From the IMG/VR virus record IMGVR_UViG_3300009431_000016: DNA of 64,000 nucleotides, one strand, 5' to 3'. Of the stretch, positions 18,409 through 28,519 are shown one piece after another (the first letter of the stretch is position 1; each line of letters opens with the position of its first letter). Below the pieces are notes generated by a model that did not search any database, was not told the DNA's origin, and was given only the letters and a program-made list of their open reading frames with translations. The stretch comes from a virus. The translations under genes and the position numbers were made by a program.

Positions 18409-19992
18409 GTGATCACACCACGACGAGGCGTTGCAGCTCCTGCAGGGACTGGCGTCTTGGTCTGGAAGAATGCCCCTGACGGGGAAGATGCCACGGAGGG
18501 CATCATTCTTTCAGTCAAGCATATTCCATACAACGGAGGGATGAAGTATTCGCAGTCAGTCGTCACTTGGCAATTTCGAGAACAGACCTCCTTCGCCAAG
18601 CTCGTCGGAGTTGGGGAAAACTCCGACCTTTCCGTGTGGCTGGTTGATCCGCCTCCTGGATCCGTTACGATCCCGGTCGCCACATTTACCCCTAGTGTCG
18701 GTGAAGTCGCTGAAGTGTGCGGGTTTGGCTCCAGCGAAGGAAGTATGCGGGCCTTCAACGCGAAACTCACAGGCGTAGCCGAGCAGATGACTATCGACCG
18801 GCCTGTGATCTCTGGCGACTCAGGCGGCGCCCTGGTATGTCGCGGACAGCTGATTGGGATCATCTGGGGAGGCCACGGGACCAAGGGGTCCATCACCGAC
18901 AGAAACGGAAAGCGGCTTCCGCTCGTGCAACCAGCAAAGGCTTGGGGCTGCACGCCGATCCGCGATTTACTTGGTCGGCTCTTCCCAAAGTCAAGGGGCT
19001 TTGCGGATGGTCCGCAGCCCGGACAGATTGCCAGACCAGGCGGAGGCGCCGCGCCACCCGCCGGTCCGCCACAGATACCGATTCCAGATCCGACAACCAC
19101 CCCGACTCCGCCGGCGCCACCCGCGAAAGTCGTTGACCTCGGACCGATCAAAGAACGACTCGATGCAATCGACGCGAGGATTGACGCGATCGGTGGGATT
19201 GCAGCCGAGGCGAGAGGAACCGCCGACGAGGCCGTCTCTGTTACCGATCAACTGACCGTGCAATCGCTGAATGCCGCCAAACAGACTAAGGAGTGGCGCA
19301 GTTTACACGAGTCTAACGTAAACACCCTGCAAGGTTCGACAAAGTCTATCCGCACAGAGTCGATGACTCGGCACGAAGCGATCCTCGCCCAACTAAAGAA
19401 CACGGTCTCCGTCGAGGTGCTTGAAGCCAAATACAAGGAAGCTCGCAACGCCGGGTCCGCTGCCGGCATGGTAGCAGGAAAGCAAGCGGCCGTTTCCGTG
19501 TTCATCGAGAAGGTGGAGAACGCCAAGTTTTTCTCCCTTGGCCGGACATTGGCAACGGCTTTCGGGTTCGGCGGCCCGCTAGGACTCGGGGCAGGTCTAG
19601 CTGGCTGGTTCATTGGTCGCCGCGTACGTAAACGGGTTAGGGGGCGGCTTGGAGGCGGTGACTCACTCGCCGTCCCCCACCGGCCGCCCCAGCCGCCCCC
19701 GCCCCCCGTTACACCGCCTCCGGCGCCACAGCCTGCTTCGCAACCACAACAACCTCCAGACACTTCTGGCGAGAGTGGAGATCGAATAGTCGTCGTTGAT
19801 GCGATTCCGCCTGAACCTAACACTGTTATCGAGCAGCACTTTCAGCCCATTGAAACGGACTCCTACAGAAAGGCCCACGCCTGGGCGAGGAGTCATATGG
19901 CCAGGAGGTATCCAGGGACACTGGAAGCCCTGGAAACAGAACAAAGTCTGATCGACCAGTACCTGGCCGGTCTGGACAAAGATAAGGACTAA
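18409..19992 (+). CDS. trypsin-like (S1) serine protease with Pro-rich linker, coiled coil and C-terminal TM/Gly-zipper
   Basis: GDSGGALVCRGQLIGIIWGG catalytic Ser motif; PPAGPPQIPIPDPTTTPTPPAPP linker; FGFGGPLGLGAGLAGWFIG membrane segment; PPQPPPPPVTPPPAPQP tail. Confidence 0.6.
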   Translation: MITPRRGVAAPAGTGVLVWKNAPDGEDATEGIILSVKHIPYNGGMKYSQSVVTWQFREQTSFAKLVGVGENSDLSVWLVDPPPGSVTIPVATFTPSVGEVAEVCGFGSSEGSMRAFNAKLTGVAEQMTIDRPVISGDSGGALVCRGQLIGIIWGGHGTKGSITDRNGKRLPLVQPAKAWGCTPIRDLLGRLFPKSRGFADGPQPGQIARPGGGAAPPAGPPQIPIPDPTTTPTPPAPPAKVVDLGPIKERLDAIDARIDAIGGIAAEARGTADEAVSVTDQLTVQSLNAAKQTKEWRSLHESNVNTLQGSTKSIRTESMTRHEAILAQLKNTVSVEVLEAKYKEARNAGSAAGMVAGKQAAVSVFIEKVENAKFFSLGRTLATAFGFGGPLGLGAGLAGWFIGRRVRKRVRGRLGGGDSLAVPHRPPQPPPPPVTPPPAPQPASQPQQPPDTSGESGDRIVVVDAIPPEPNTVIEQHFQPIETDSYRKAHAWARSHMARRYPGTLEALETEQSLIDQYLAGLDKDKD

Positions 19993-19996
19993 AGAC

Positions 19997-20830
19997 ATGC
20001 CTGTTACAAACACTGACGCCGTTCTTCACTACAACGTTGGCATCTTCGGAGACTTGGGTTACGGTGTGCCGAACTTCGGCAACGATGTCGGCTCACTCAA
20101 CCCGCAGATCCTCGACCTGGTCAACAGCATGGGAGCTAACCTGTTCCACATCATGCATCATCAGGACGTTGACATGCGCACTCCGCCGTCAATCAACACG
20201 CTGACGCGCCTCCACAAGCTCTACGTTCGGACCGGCAAGATTCTCGAAGGTCGGGCCATCGCCCCGGGCGAGCTCAACATGGAGACGCGTCACGTCTCGC
20301 CTGGTGGGGAGGTGTTCATGGTCTTCCCCTGTCCGTACTTCAAGGTGCGTAACCCGTACATCAAACGATGGGCGGGCCTGCTGATGATGGCTCTCAGCGA
20401 GGCCATGCAGCACACAGAGAATAGGAAAGAGATGGAGATTTCCACCACCTTCGCCGGACTGGTTGACCAGTACCTGCGCAGGGTCTACGTTAACATGGCC
20501 GTCGAGATGTTCGGGATCGATCGCCCAACCGCATCGGCGCCCGGCTTCATCATGACGGCCGAACAGCTCGCCGGGTACGATCCCACGAAGTGGTTCACCG
20601 GAACGGAGATGGTTGACACTGTCCCGAGTCTGGCGAACGTTATGACCGAGGACCGGCTCGAGACTCTCCGTGAGGGCATCCCGGTTACGCAGCTCCCCGA
20701 TCTGAAGCCGTATCCGGTCAATCTCACGAGCTACTACGAGCTGATCCGCAATGGCGGCGGATCGACCGGCAGTAGTGACGCCAACGCCGCGTCCGGCGAT
20801 CGGGCCAGTTTCCCGACCCCAGGTGTTTGA
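19997..20830 (+). CDS. hypothetical protein
   Basis: 277-aa ORF. Confidence 0.3.
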   Translation: MPVTNTDAVLHYNVGIFGDLGYGVPNFGNDVGSLNPQILDLVNSMGANLFHIMHHQDVDMRTPPSINTLTRLHKLYVRTGKILEGRAIAPGELNMETRHVSPGGEVFMVFPCPYFKVRNPYIKRWAGLLMMALSEAMQHTENRKEMEISTTFAGLVDQYLRRVYVNMAVEMFGIDRPTASAPGFIMTAEQLAGYDPTKWFTGTEMVDTVPSLANVMTEDRLETLREGIPVTQLPDLKPYPVNLTSYYELIRNGGGSTGSSDANAASGDRASFPTPGV

Positions 20831-20937
20831 TCAACCTCACCTTCGATACTTAACGATGGGTGCCTGCCCCGGGTCGTTTAACCGCGGCCCGGGGCCTTTC
20901 CACAAAACGGTGAGAGTAGACTGAAGGGGCAATGACG

Positions 20938-21327
20938 ATGCCTGCTAAGAAGGAAAACAGCAAGCTCTTACAGTGGTGGCCGATCATGATCGGCGTTACA
21001 GAAATCCTTTTGATCTGCTCGCTGCCAGTGATCGGGTGGGGAGCAAACGCGTTAGTCAACCATGAATCACGCTTGTGTGTTGTCGAACAAGACATGCTCT
21101 CGAAGGACGATGGTAGGGACATCTACAATGCAATCACAGCTGTCGAGAGAGATGCAGGAGCGGCAGTCTCCCAAATTCGTCAAGCGCTCGCTGGCATACC
21201 CTCTGAGGTTCCGCCCGCGTGGTTTATTCAACGTGTCGACAAGATCGAGTCACGACAGGACAAGATCACGGACAAACTGGAGGAGATATCGGATGCTCTG
21301 ACTCGACTGGAAGGTCGTAAACAATAG
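20938..21327 (+). CDS. membrane protein with coiled-coil C-terminus
   Basis: two hydrophobic segments (LLQWWPIMIGVTEILLICSLPVIGWG) then coiled-coil; may be lysis-related, but no endolysin identified. Confidence 0.3.
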   Translation: MPAKKENSKLLQWWPIMIGVTEILLICSLPVIGWGANALVNHESRLCVVEQDMLSKDDGRDIYNAITAVERDAGAAVSQIRQALAGIPSEVPPAWFIQRVDKIESRQDKITDKLEEISDALTRLEGRKQ

Positions 21328-21375
21328 GGGTGTGAGAGTCTCGATCCAATTTCTTAATGTACGAAGGAGCTTGTC

Positions 21376-21711
21376 ATGTCGTCTGGAAAAACTGGCCCCG
21401 TAAAATACGCCAACATCAATGTGAGCGCCGCCACCTCCAACGAAATCGTTGCGGCCGTTGCTGAAAAGCAGATCCGTGTTTTGGGTATGTTTGTCTACGC
21501 CGCATCCGCCGTTACTGTCACTGTTGAAGATGAAGACGGAACCGACCTGATCGGTCCGACCGCGCTCGGGGACTCCGGTAGCGGATGGGTACTTCCGCCC
21601 CACGAACTCGGTCACCAAGAGGCTCCGACAGGAAAGGCCCTACACTTGCTTTTATCCGCAGCCGTTCAAGTTGGCGGGTGTGTGATTTACCAGGTAACAG
21701 ATTCAGATTGA
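21376..21711 (+). CDS. hypothetical protein
   Basis: 111-aa ORF with RBS GAAGGAG. Confidence 0.3.
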   Translation: MSSGKTGPVKYANINVSAATSNEIVAAVAEKQIRVLGMFVYAASAVTVTVEDEDGTDLIGPTALGDSGSGWVLPPHELGHQEAPTGKALHLLLSAAVQVGGCVIYQVTDSD

Positions 21712-21765
21712 GCGCAGCTAGCCTGAACTGACTGGGATACGCTTTTCATTGCAGGAATGTGACTA

Positions 21766-23922
21766 ATGGCATCCGTCAAGCTCTGTGGCCGGTCGTTTAC
21801 TTTCACGCGGGCGAGTGTGGCCTATACCCAGGATGATGACGCGTGCACGCAGGTAGCAGCTGATGTACCTGTCACTCGGCCTATGCAGCGATTGCATAGG
21901 GCCGCTGGCAAGGTGCAGAAGTATTCTTTCAGCGGCGACGACTTGATTGCTGACGATGAGGGCGCCGAGAATATCATCCCGATGGCAACTGACGGGATCT
22001 ACTTGTACGGCCGTCATGTCGGTGCGTCTGCTGTGCCCTGGCGCACTTCAGATCTCTTAACTTGGGTCAAGGTTGGCGGTGTTCAGGCAATTTCCTACAT
22101 GTATGCCATGAAAGATGGCACTCGACTCCTTGGTATCAACGGGTCCACCGCTTACTACTCTATCGATCAGGGAGCCACCTGGGTAGAGGCCACGACGCAG
22201 CCCGACTGGACCGCCGCCGGGCTAGTGTGGCCACTTGCAGACTCTGGCTGGTCCGAGGATGATTCTGGCGTTGTCATGTTTGGCGAGTACAAGGCCACGG
22301 CGGGCGGCCATCGCATACACAAGTCAACCGATGGCGGAGTGAACTGGTCTACTACACTCGACGTTGCCGGAGAATCCCCAGAGCCAAAGCACTGCCACTG
22401 CACATGCTGGCACGCCGCAACTGACACGTGGTTCGCCGTTTTCGGCGATAGTGAACAGCGGCAGTGGTGGAAGTCAACAGACAGCGGAGACAGCTGGGCC
22501 CTTTGGGGTGCTGGCGGCGCCGACAGAGGCCGCCAGCCAGTCAACCTGAGAGACTTTGGGGACGCGAAGTATCTATTTCTTGGCGCCGACGAAGGCTGCA
22601 GTGCGGCCGGTCTCGTTGATGCTACGGCAGCGGCGTTTGAAACCGCCGAGATTATTGAGTTTCGATGCTACTGGACTGACGGAATTGGTTTGCAACAGAA
22701 CTCATGGGCGATCGAGTATCACAATGGAATTGCGTACCTGTTTCAGCGAGCAACAGCAGCCGCGGCCACACAAATGCGTGAACTCTCCGTTTCTCAGAAT
22801 CTCACGGACTGGACGACAGTCGCTATTACAACAATAGCTACCGGCTTTGAGCATTCTGCTGGCGTGTTTCTCGGCAAGGTACACCTGAACCGTTCGCACG
22901 CCGACCACTACGTACTAGACATAACCGGCGTGGTCGATGACACAGCCGTGCTTCTGTCTCCTGGGCACACCAACCTATACGCGGAAGCGGCGTCCGATGC
23001 CTCAAATAAAGCGCTGTGGTTTGCAGCTTCGGGCCAAGCTTTAACGGATGACGCCGCTACTCCATATGTCGGCGCCTCTGCAGTGAAGGCCCGCAGGGCC
23101 GACGAAGCCGTCACAAATACCACGGTGTACGGCTGCTATTATTCAGTGGTGGCGCTCACACTGAACACGCTTTACTCCGCCAGCATGCGACTACGAGGAT
23201 ACAACACCGATGATTCATGCGAGTTTTTTCAGCTCCGTTTCGGACGATCCACTGGCGCTGAGGGGCTAACTGGGTCTGTCCGCCTTAGCGGCACAGATTG
23301 GGGTAAGGCTCAGGTGCAGCACACGCCAGGAGTGAGCGCCAACTTTTGGCTGACGGCAAACGCATTGCGTACCACCAACGGCGCCAACGACATTTTGCAC
23401 GATGCCCTTCAGATCAACGAAGGCGATCAGCAGCCGTGGCAGATCGGAGGAACAGCACTGGCTGCCACAGTAGCCTCCGCATCAGTTTCCGGAGACGTTT
23501 CTCACGAGATCGTGCTGCAACCATTCACCGCGTCATACCGACAGTCGAGCACGCCTCTTAAGTACATCTTCAGTTACGTTAAGGATGCCAGCAACTACCT
23601 GCGCATCTATTACGATCCGGCGGATAAGGTCTTCGGGTTCCAGCGCACTGTTGGTGGTGCTGATCAATCAGCCGTCGAGTCGGCTGCAGTCGAGTTTGGC
23701 GATCAGTCTGAGATCAGACTGACAGTCTCAATGACCGCCTCTGCCACCACGATGGTTGTGAAGGTGAATGAGGAAAGCGAGACTATCAGTGAAGAGAACG
23801 GACTCGACGGAATCGTCACCTGGAAATATGGTGACCAAGACGGAGCAAACGGCTGGACTTTCTGGCTGTCACAGACAGCTGGCGAGCAAAAGGCCGACCT
23901 TGCCCTGGTTGATGTTTCTTGA
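21766..23922 (+). CDS. BNR/Asp-box repeat (sialidase-like beta-propeller) protein
   Basis: three Asp-box motifs SIDQGATW, STDGGVNWS, STDSGDSWA (S-x-D-x-G-x-T-W) in N-terminal half. Confidence 0.45.
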   Translation: MASVKLCGRSFTFTRASVAYTQDDDACTQVAADVPVTRPMQRLHRAAGKVQKYSFSGDDLIADDEGAENIIPMATDGIYLYGRHVGASAVPWRTSDLLTWVKVGGVQAISYMYAMKDGTRLLGINGSTAYYSIDQGATWVEATTQPDWTAAGLVWPLADSGWSEDDSGVVMFGEYKATAGGHRIHKSTDGGVNWSTTLDVAGESPEPKHCHCTCWHAATDTWFAVFGDSEQRQWWKSTDSGDSWALWGAGGADRGRQPVNLRDFGDAKYLFLGADEGCSAAGLVDATAAAFETAEIIEFRCYWTDGIGLQQNSWAIEYHNGIAYLFQRATAAAATQMRELSVSQNLTDWTTVAITTIATGFEHSAGVFLGKVHLNRSHADHYVLDITGVVDDTAVLLSPGHTNLYAEAASDASNKALWFAASGQALTDDAATPYVGASAVKARRADEAVTNTTVYGCYYSVVALTLNTLYSASMRLRGYNTDDSCEFFQLRFGRSTGAEGLTGSVRLSGTDWGKAQVQHTPGVSANFWLTANALRTTNGANDILHDALQINEGDQQPWQIGGTALAATVASASVSGDVSHEIVLQPFTASYRQSSTPLKYIFSYVKDASNYLRIYYDPADKVFGFQRTVGGADQSAVESAAVEFGDQSEIRLTVSMTASATTMVVKVNEESETISEENGLDGIVTWKYGDQDGANGWTFWLSQTAGEQKADLALVDVS

Positions 23923-23991
23923 TTTTAACGCACTGAATCAACTTCAAATTTTGCTGTCCAAGTTTTAACTTCACGAGGCGAGGAGAACATT

Positions 23992-25062
23992 ATGCCTTCC
24001 CCCACTACTGAGCAATTCAATCAACACGTCGAAGCCCTTATCTTTGCCTGTGACGACTGGAGCCAACGCGACGAACCCGTGCGCGAGTGGTTCGGCGCCA
24101 TGGTCAAGGTCATTAGCGATGGGATCGACCAGGCTGCTATACAGCTAATTGATTTTTTAGAATCCGAGAACAGCACGCTAATTGAAGAGTCCAGCTGGCA
24201 CACTGTCTTGGCTGCTGACTACTTCGCAGAGAAGTGGCAAGCATGGAAGAAGAGCATCGCGATGCGGCCGCAGACGACGCACCCTGGTGGTGATGATTCG
24301 TTGTGGATCGCCTATCGTCAAATGTGCGAAGCACGCGAGCCGAGATTTTTCTCCACCCTCGAGGGCATGTTGGACTTAGAACGCCAAGGCGTCAGTATGC
24401 GACAGCGGGCCATCATGTACGGCTACTATCTCGACAACGGCGAGCCCGATTTAATGGCCGCCAATATTGAGACTGAGCGACAACGCAAGAAGGGCTATGA
24501 GCCAGCCGAAACAATGACGCCGGACGATCGCATTCGTGAGGAAACACATAAGGCTGACTGGGCTAAGCGATCGGTGCGCGTTACGGAAGTGATTGAGTCG
24601 AGGATTGACAAGCCGTCAAAACAGCCAACCGAGAGCGTGCACGACCTCGTGATCTTGCCACACATCACAAAGCGACAGATTAAATTGATGTTATCGGACG
24701 TCACCGACGACCAGATTGCCGAGGCCTGTGCCATTCACGGCGTCCGTCTTAACGAGCAACAGTTTGCTGTGCCGGAGCCGAGGCCCGAGACTCACGAGGA
24801 GGCCCAGAATGCCCTCGAGGCGGAGCAAAGGGCCGTGGCAGGGGAGGCGGACCGTCTGACTCATGCTGACGATGTGTCGCACATTGAAGACGTGGAAACT
24901 CGTATTATGGCGTTGCACGAGCAGCAAGGCCTGAAGGCTGGCGAGATTTCTAAGTTGCTTCTTAAGGACGGCACACAGATAGGACCATCGCGAGTTGGAA
25001 AGGTGATTTCTGAAATCAAAAAGCGGCGAAAGGAAGAATCACTTGCGGGTCATACAGGTTGA
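23992..25062 (+). CDS. hypothetical protein
   Basis: 356-aa ORF; RBS GAGGAGAA. Confidence 0.3.
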   Translation: MPSPTTEQFNQHVEALIFACDDWSQRDEPVREWFGAMVKVISDGIDQAAIQLIDFLESENSTLIEESSWHTVLAADYFAEKWQAWKKSIAMRPQTTHPGGDDSLWIAYRQMCEAREPRFFSTLEGMLDLERQGVSMRQRAIMYGYYLDNGEPDLMAANIETERQRKKGYEPAETMTPDDRIREETHKADWAKRSVRVTEVIESRIDKPSKQPTESVHDLVILPHITKRQIKLMLSDVTDDQIAEACAIHGVRLNEQQFAVPEPRPETHEEAQNALEAEQRAVAGEADRLTHADDVSHIEDVETRIMALHEQQGLKAGEISKLLLKDGTQIGPSRVGKVISEIKKRRKEESLAGHTG

Positions 25063-25118
25063 CAATCAGACAGAGTTTTGTTGACAATCCCCTACCTTTT
25101 ATAGAGACGAGATTCGCT

Positions 25119-25811
25119 ATGAGTCATGACTACGTAGCTCCGTCGTTTTCTGAGAAGATGGCTCAGCTTGCCGAACAAAATCGCAAGCTTGTAGAATTGG
25201 CCGGGCGCCTAGAGGCAGAGAACCAATCCTTGAAGGCCGGGAAGGCCGGGAAGGCCGGTTACAGTAAGGAAGGTCCGCCTCCAGACGGTATTGGTGGTTT
25301 GGGCCCCTGTCTTGATTGTCAGTCCCCATGCCAGTACGCAGGGACGCCTGGACCAGACAATACGCTAGAGGTCCATGACTGTGGTCCATCGCGACCTGTC
25401 GACATCGACCATTCGTTCGGCTCGCATCTGCCCGATACAGTGCATCTGCCGGTCAGCGAATCCGAGACCGGCGACTTAAATCTGACCGGCCCGGCGACCG
25501 AATTCTGCAGCCATCACGCATGTAGGCATGATGGAATGGTCATTGGCGGCGGGTCTAACGGTTCGGGATTCTCGATCTGTTGGCAGGTTGGGCCCACGAT
25601 TGATGATAGCGGCCAGCAATTCCAGAACGGGGCAATCGTCGATACCGTGATTGGCGCCTGCATTGATCGGCTGGCTGCTTATCAGCGATCGCCGATGGCG
25701 TGCAGCGAGACGGCACTGGCAATTCACCGTTTAAGATCGGCCCTAGAACATCTCCAACACCGCCGTAGCAAGAGGCAAGTACGGGGAGTACTCGGCACCC
25801 TGCAGCAGTGA
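25119..25811 (+). CDS. hypothetical protein (KAGKAGKAG repeat)
   Basis: 9-bp x3 tandem ggccgggaa repeat inside; Cys/His-rich middle. Confidence 0.3.
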   Translation: MSHDYVAPSFSEKMAQLAEQNRKLVELAGRLEAENQSLKAGKAGKAGYSKEGPPPDGIGGLGPCLDCQSPCQYAGTPGPDNTLEVHDCGPSRPVDIDHSFGSHLPDTVHLPVSESETGDLNLTGPATEFCSHHACRHDGMVIGGGSNGSGFSICWQVGPTIDDSGQQFQNGAIVDTVIGACIDRLAAYQRSPMACSETALAIHRLRSALEHLQHRRSKRQVRGVLGTLQQ

Positions 25812-25830
25812 AGTATACAAGAGCGTCGTC

Positions 25831-26607
25831 ATGAAGAACCAACACATGAAACCTTCGGCCAAAGACAGGTTACTCCGGCGGCGGGAGTTCGTCGCGGACC
25901 TGTATATCCGTGGCTGGAACCAATACAAGATTGCTGACCACCTGGGAGTCAACCAGGCGACGATTTCGCGCGACCTGGTTAAGGTCCGGAAGACCTGGCA
26001 GGACAACATGTCGGAATCGTGGGAGACTCACGTTGGTCGGGAGTTGGCGAAGGTGGACGCGATTGAGGCTGCGGCATGGGAGGCTTGGGAGCGTTCCAGG
26101 GCCGACAAGCTAACTTCCAAAGTCAAGAAAACCACCAAGGACGGTAAGATACAAGAGGTCATTCGGCATGGTCAATCTGGGTCTGGTGATCCACGATTCC
26201 TCGCCGAGGCCCGTCATTGCGTAGAACGCCGCTGTCGTATCCTTGGCCTGGAACAACAGCAGGACAACATCAACAGCACGCATGTCGATATCGTGGAGAT
26301 TGAGGTCACGAACCGCGAGGATGCCCACAGAATTCTCAGCGTCCAGGAATTCGAGCAGATGGGTGGTCACATCGATCTAAGCACATTGGACACTGAGGGC
26401 CTGCAGACGGTTGCACAGGAGCCCGCAGAGGACGCGACAAAACTACCAGCAACGCAGGACGGGAATGGGCGCCATGAGGGCAACGGGGACGGATTCCCGC
26501 TTCCGCCAGGAGGGCCGAAACGCCGAAAGCCGCAAGGTGGACATGGAGGTTCACTCAGCGGCGAAAGTCCCAGTGACAGTAAGCTAGGAGGCAATGGGAA
26601 ACCATGA
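25831..26607 (+). CDS. HTH DNA-binding protein; possible small terminase subunit or sigma-like regulator
   Basis: YKIADHLGVNQATISRDLVKV helix-turn-helix; located upstream of the packaging gene. Confidence 0.3.
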   Translation: MKNQHMKPSAKDRLLRRREFVADLYIRGWNQYKIADHLGVNQATISRDLVKVRKTWQDNMSESWETHVGRELAKVDAIEAAAWEAWERSRADKLTSKVKKTTKDGKIQEVIRHGQSGSGDPRFLAEARHCVERRCRILGLEQQQDNINSTHVDIVEIEVTNREDAHRILSVQEFEQMGGHIDLSTLDTEGLQTVAQEPAEDATKLPATQDGNGRHEGNGDGFPLPPGGPKRRKPQGGHGGSLSGESPSDSKLGGNGKP

Positions 26608-26729
26608 GCGGCATCCGACCACCTGACCACTTTTTAATCATCTTGGCGTCAGCTGCTTTGCTGACCACAGTGGCATACGTTGTTGCGTACGGTATGATAT
26701 TGATTCGACTGGCAATGTGAGGTGATACA

Positions 26730-27326
26730 ATGACGTTCGCAGAGAACGGGTTTCCACCCCTAGCAAAAGTTAGCTTCGGCGAAATGTCACAATTGCCGGG
26801 CGCCCTCGACATGCTGGCGGACATCATCCGCGGCGACGCGATCGATGTGGTGATAGAGATCGGATCAGCATCTGGCAACTTGGCAAGGTGGCTGTCCATG
26901 TTGGCCATTAACCACGGTCCGGATTATCAAGTGCACTCTTTCGATGTTGTAGAAGTGGCTGACAATTCTGGCCACTTCGCCAACTTTCACGTGGGTGACG
27001 TATTCGACTTCTCCCGAAGCTCTGGCGCCAGAACGCAAGTAATAGACCTGATCGACTCCGCTCGGCGCCCGCTGCTGCTGTGTGATGGCGGAAACAAGAT
27101 CCGCGAGGTCAATACGTTTGCACCACTGCTGCCGCCTGGTGGCATCGTGGCCGTTCATGATTTCGCGTTGACGCGTCGAGACTTCGAGGTGCGACTGCGC
27201 GGACAGGAGATCTGGCCGTGTTGCGAGTGCGTACTTGATGATATCGTGGCCGCTGTTGGAACGTGGCAGCCACTTTATGAAAGAACGCTGCCCGTCGCTT
27301 GGGGGATGTGGCGACGGACAGTGTAA
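26730..27326 (+). CDS. class I SAM-dependent methyltransferase (TylF/MycF-like O-methyltransferase family)
   Basis: VVIEIGSASGNLARW (motif I-like) and CDGGNKIREVNTFAPLLPPGGIVAVHDF. Confidence 0.45.
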   Translation: MTFAENGFPPLAKVSFGEMSQLPGALDMLADIIRGDAIDVVIEIGSASGNLARWLSMLAINHGPDYQVHSFDVVEVADNSGHFANFHVGDVFDFSRSSGARTQVIDLIDSARRPLLLCDGGNKIREVNTFAPLLPPGGIVAVHDFALTRRDFEVRLRGQEIWPCCECVLDDIVAAVGTWQPLYERTLPVAWGMWRRTV

Positions 27327-27505
27327 CGGAGGAGGGTAACAGGATGCACAGTCAATTCGCAATCAGGCGCCGCTGGTGCATTGTGTGGCCAAACGGCGGG
27401 TCATGGTCATGGTCGTACTTGATTACAGCAGCTTGGATTTTGTCTGCCGCATCTCCCTCGTTTTCTCAGTCTGAAGTAACGGACAATAGAACATTTGGTT
27501 CAGCT

Positions 27506-27892
27506 CTACAGGCTCAGGTTTGGCAGAACATGCAATGCGGCCAGTTTTTGCTGCATCCGCCGAATTACTGGTGTCCAACCTTGTGGAGTGGACGGCAACA
27601 GTCCTGTGCGGCCCACTGCTACCGACACCGGATGTCCGTCAGACATTCCTCCAGCATAAATAATAGAATTGCACCAAATTTGCCAGTTTCGATCGTCATC
27701 CCATTGCTCGATATTTCCAATATAGCCGCAGCTGAAGGAAAGGTCAGGATAGAACTCCTCCAGACAATTAGTTGCCCAGTGGATGTCGAATTGTCGTTTC
27801 GCTGCATTGATGGTCGCCATGTCAAGTTCCCTGTGCTGAAGACCCTTGAATTGCATCGGTCGACTTCCCGAAAAATGCCATCTACGATTCAA
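27506..27892 (-). CDS. hypothetical protein (reverse-strand moron)
   Basis: 128-aa minus-strand ORF with protein-like composition; opposite to the dominant strand. Confidence 0.3.
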   Translation of the reverse strand: MNRRWHFSGSRPMQFKGLQHRELDMATINAAKRQFDIHWATNCLEEFYPDLSFSCGYIGNIEQWDDDRNWQIWCNSIIYAGGMSDGHPVSVAVGRTGLLPSTPQGWTPVIRRMQQKLAALHVLPNLSL

Positions 27893-27925
27893 GAATTGCC
27901 TGAGCGAGCATCTAGGACAACGCCG

Positions 27926-28447
27926 CTACGTGGATGCGATTGCGGCGGGAAAGGGCTGCTCTTGGTTCAATTCTCTGATTGTCGCTTCGATGGCCGATCG
28001 GACTGGCTCCCATGTGGGACAATCACCGTAGTGGGACTCCTCCGAGCAGGCGTTGTCAAGGCAGGCCAATGCAGCGTCGTAATCGCTGTTGAGGATGTGA
28101 TCCATGGCGTCTTCTGCCAAACACTCCGCGTGATGCGCAGAAGCCGCACAAGTGTCACGGTACTCCCGAGCCGATTTCAGCGCCGAGAGATAATGTTCGC
28201 ACGCGTCCGCCGGGGGGGCATCAATGTCTGGGTCGGTAGGCTCAATCGCGATCTGCGATCCGCACAGCGACAAGCCGCCGCAATATTTGCAGTCGTCATC
28301 ATGAGCGCCGAACGAATGGGTCCATTCCCACCCTGTCCAGGATTGCGTGGCATTCTCATAAGTAGTTTTGATTTCAGTCGTCAGTTTTTCCAGCGTCGTC
28401 ATTTTCCGTCTCCCTGTGTTACTGCTGGTCATGTTTCCGTCTCTCAC
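27926..28447 (-). CDS. hypothetical acidic Cys/His-containing protein (reverse-strand moron)
   Basis: 173-aa minus-strand ORF; divergent from terminase gene. Confidence 0.35.
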   Translation of the reverse strand: MRDGNMTSSNTGRRKMTTLEKLTTEIKTTYENATQSWTGWEWTHSFGAHDDDCKYCGGLSLCGSQIAIEPTDPDIDAPPADACEHYLSALKSAREYRDTCAASAHHAECLAEDAMDHILNSDYDAALACLDNACSEESHYGDCPTWEPVRSAIEATIRELNQEQPFPAAIAST

Positions 28448-28519
28448 TGTCTACATTTTATCGGCTAGATAAGACGGCCGTCAATACCCCTGACGCCAAA
28501 ATTCCGGGAATTTTCCAAA

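Noticed and set aside
18279-19151. 290-aa minus-strand ORF opposite the trypsin-like protease
   Set aside because: The GDSGG catalytic motif on the + strand is unambiguous. The minus ORF is Gly/Pro-rich junk.
20848-20900. GC-rich inverted repeat GCCCCGGG...CCCGGGGC after gene 19997-20830 as an intrinsic terminator
   Set aside because: There is no downstream U-tract (cctttcc). It may still be a structured element, but it was not called as a terminator.
27299-28468. 389-aa + strand ORF
   Set aside because: Its W/R/S/C-rich, low-complexity composition is typical of antisense translation. The two minus-strand ORFs covering the same DNA look protein-like.
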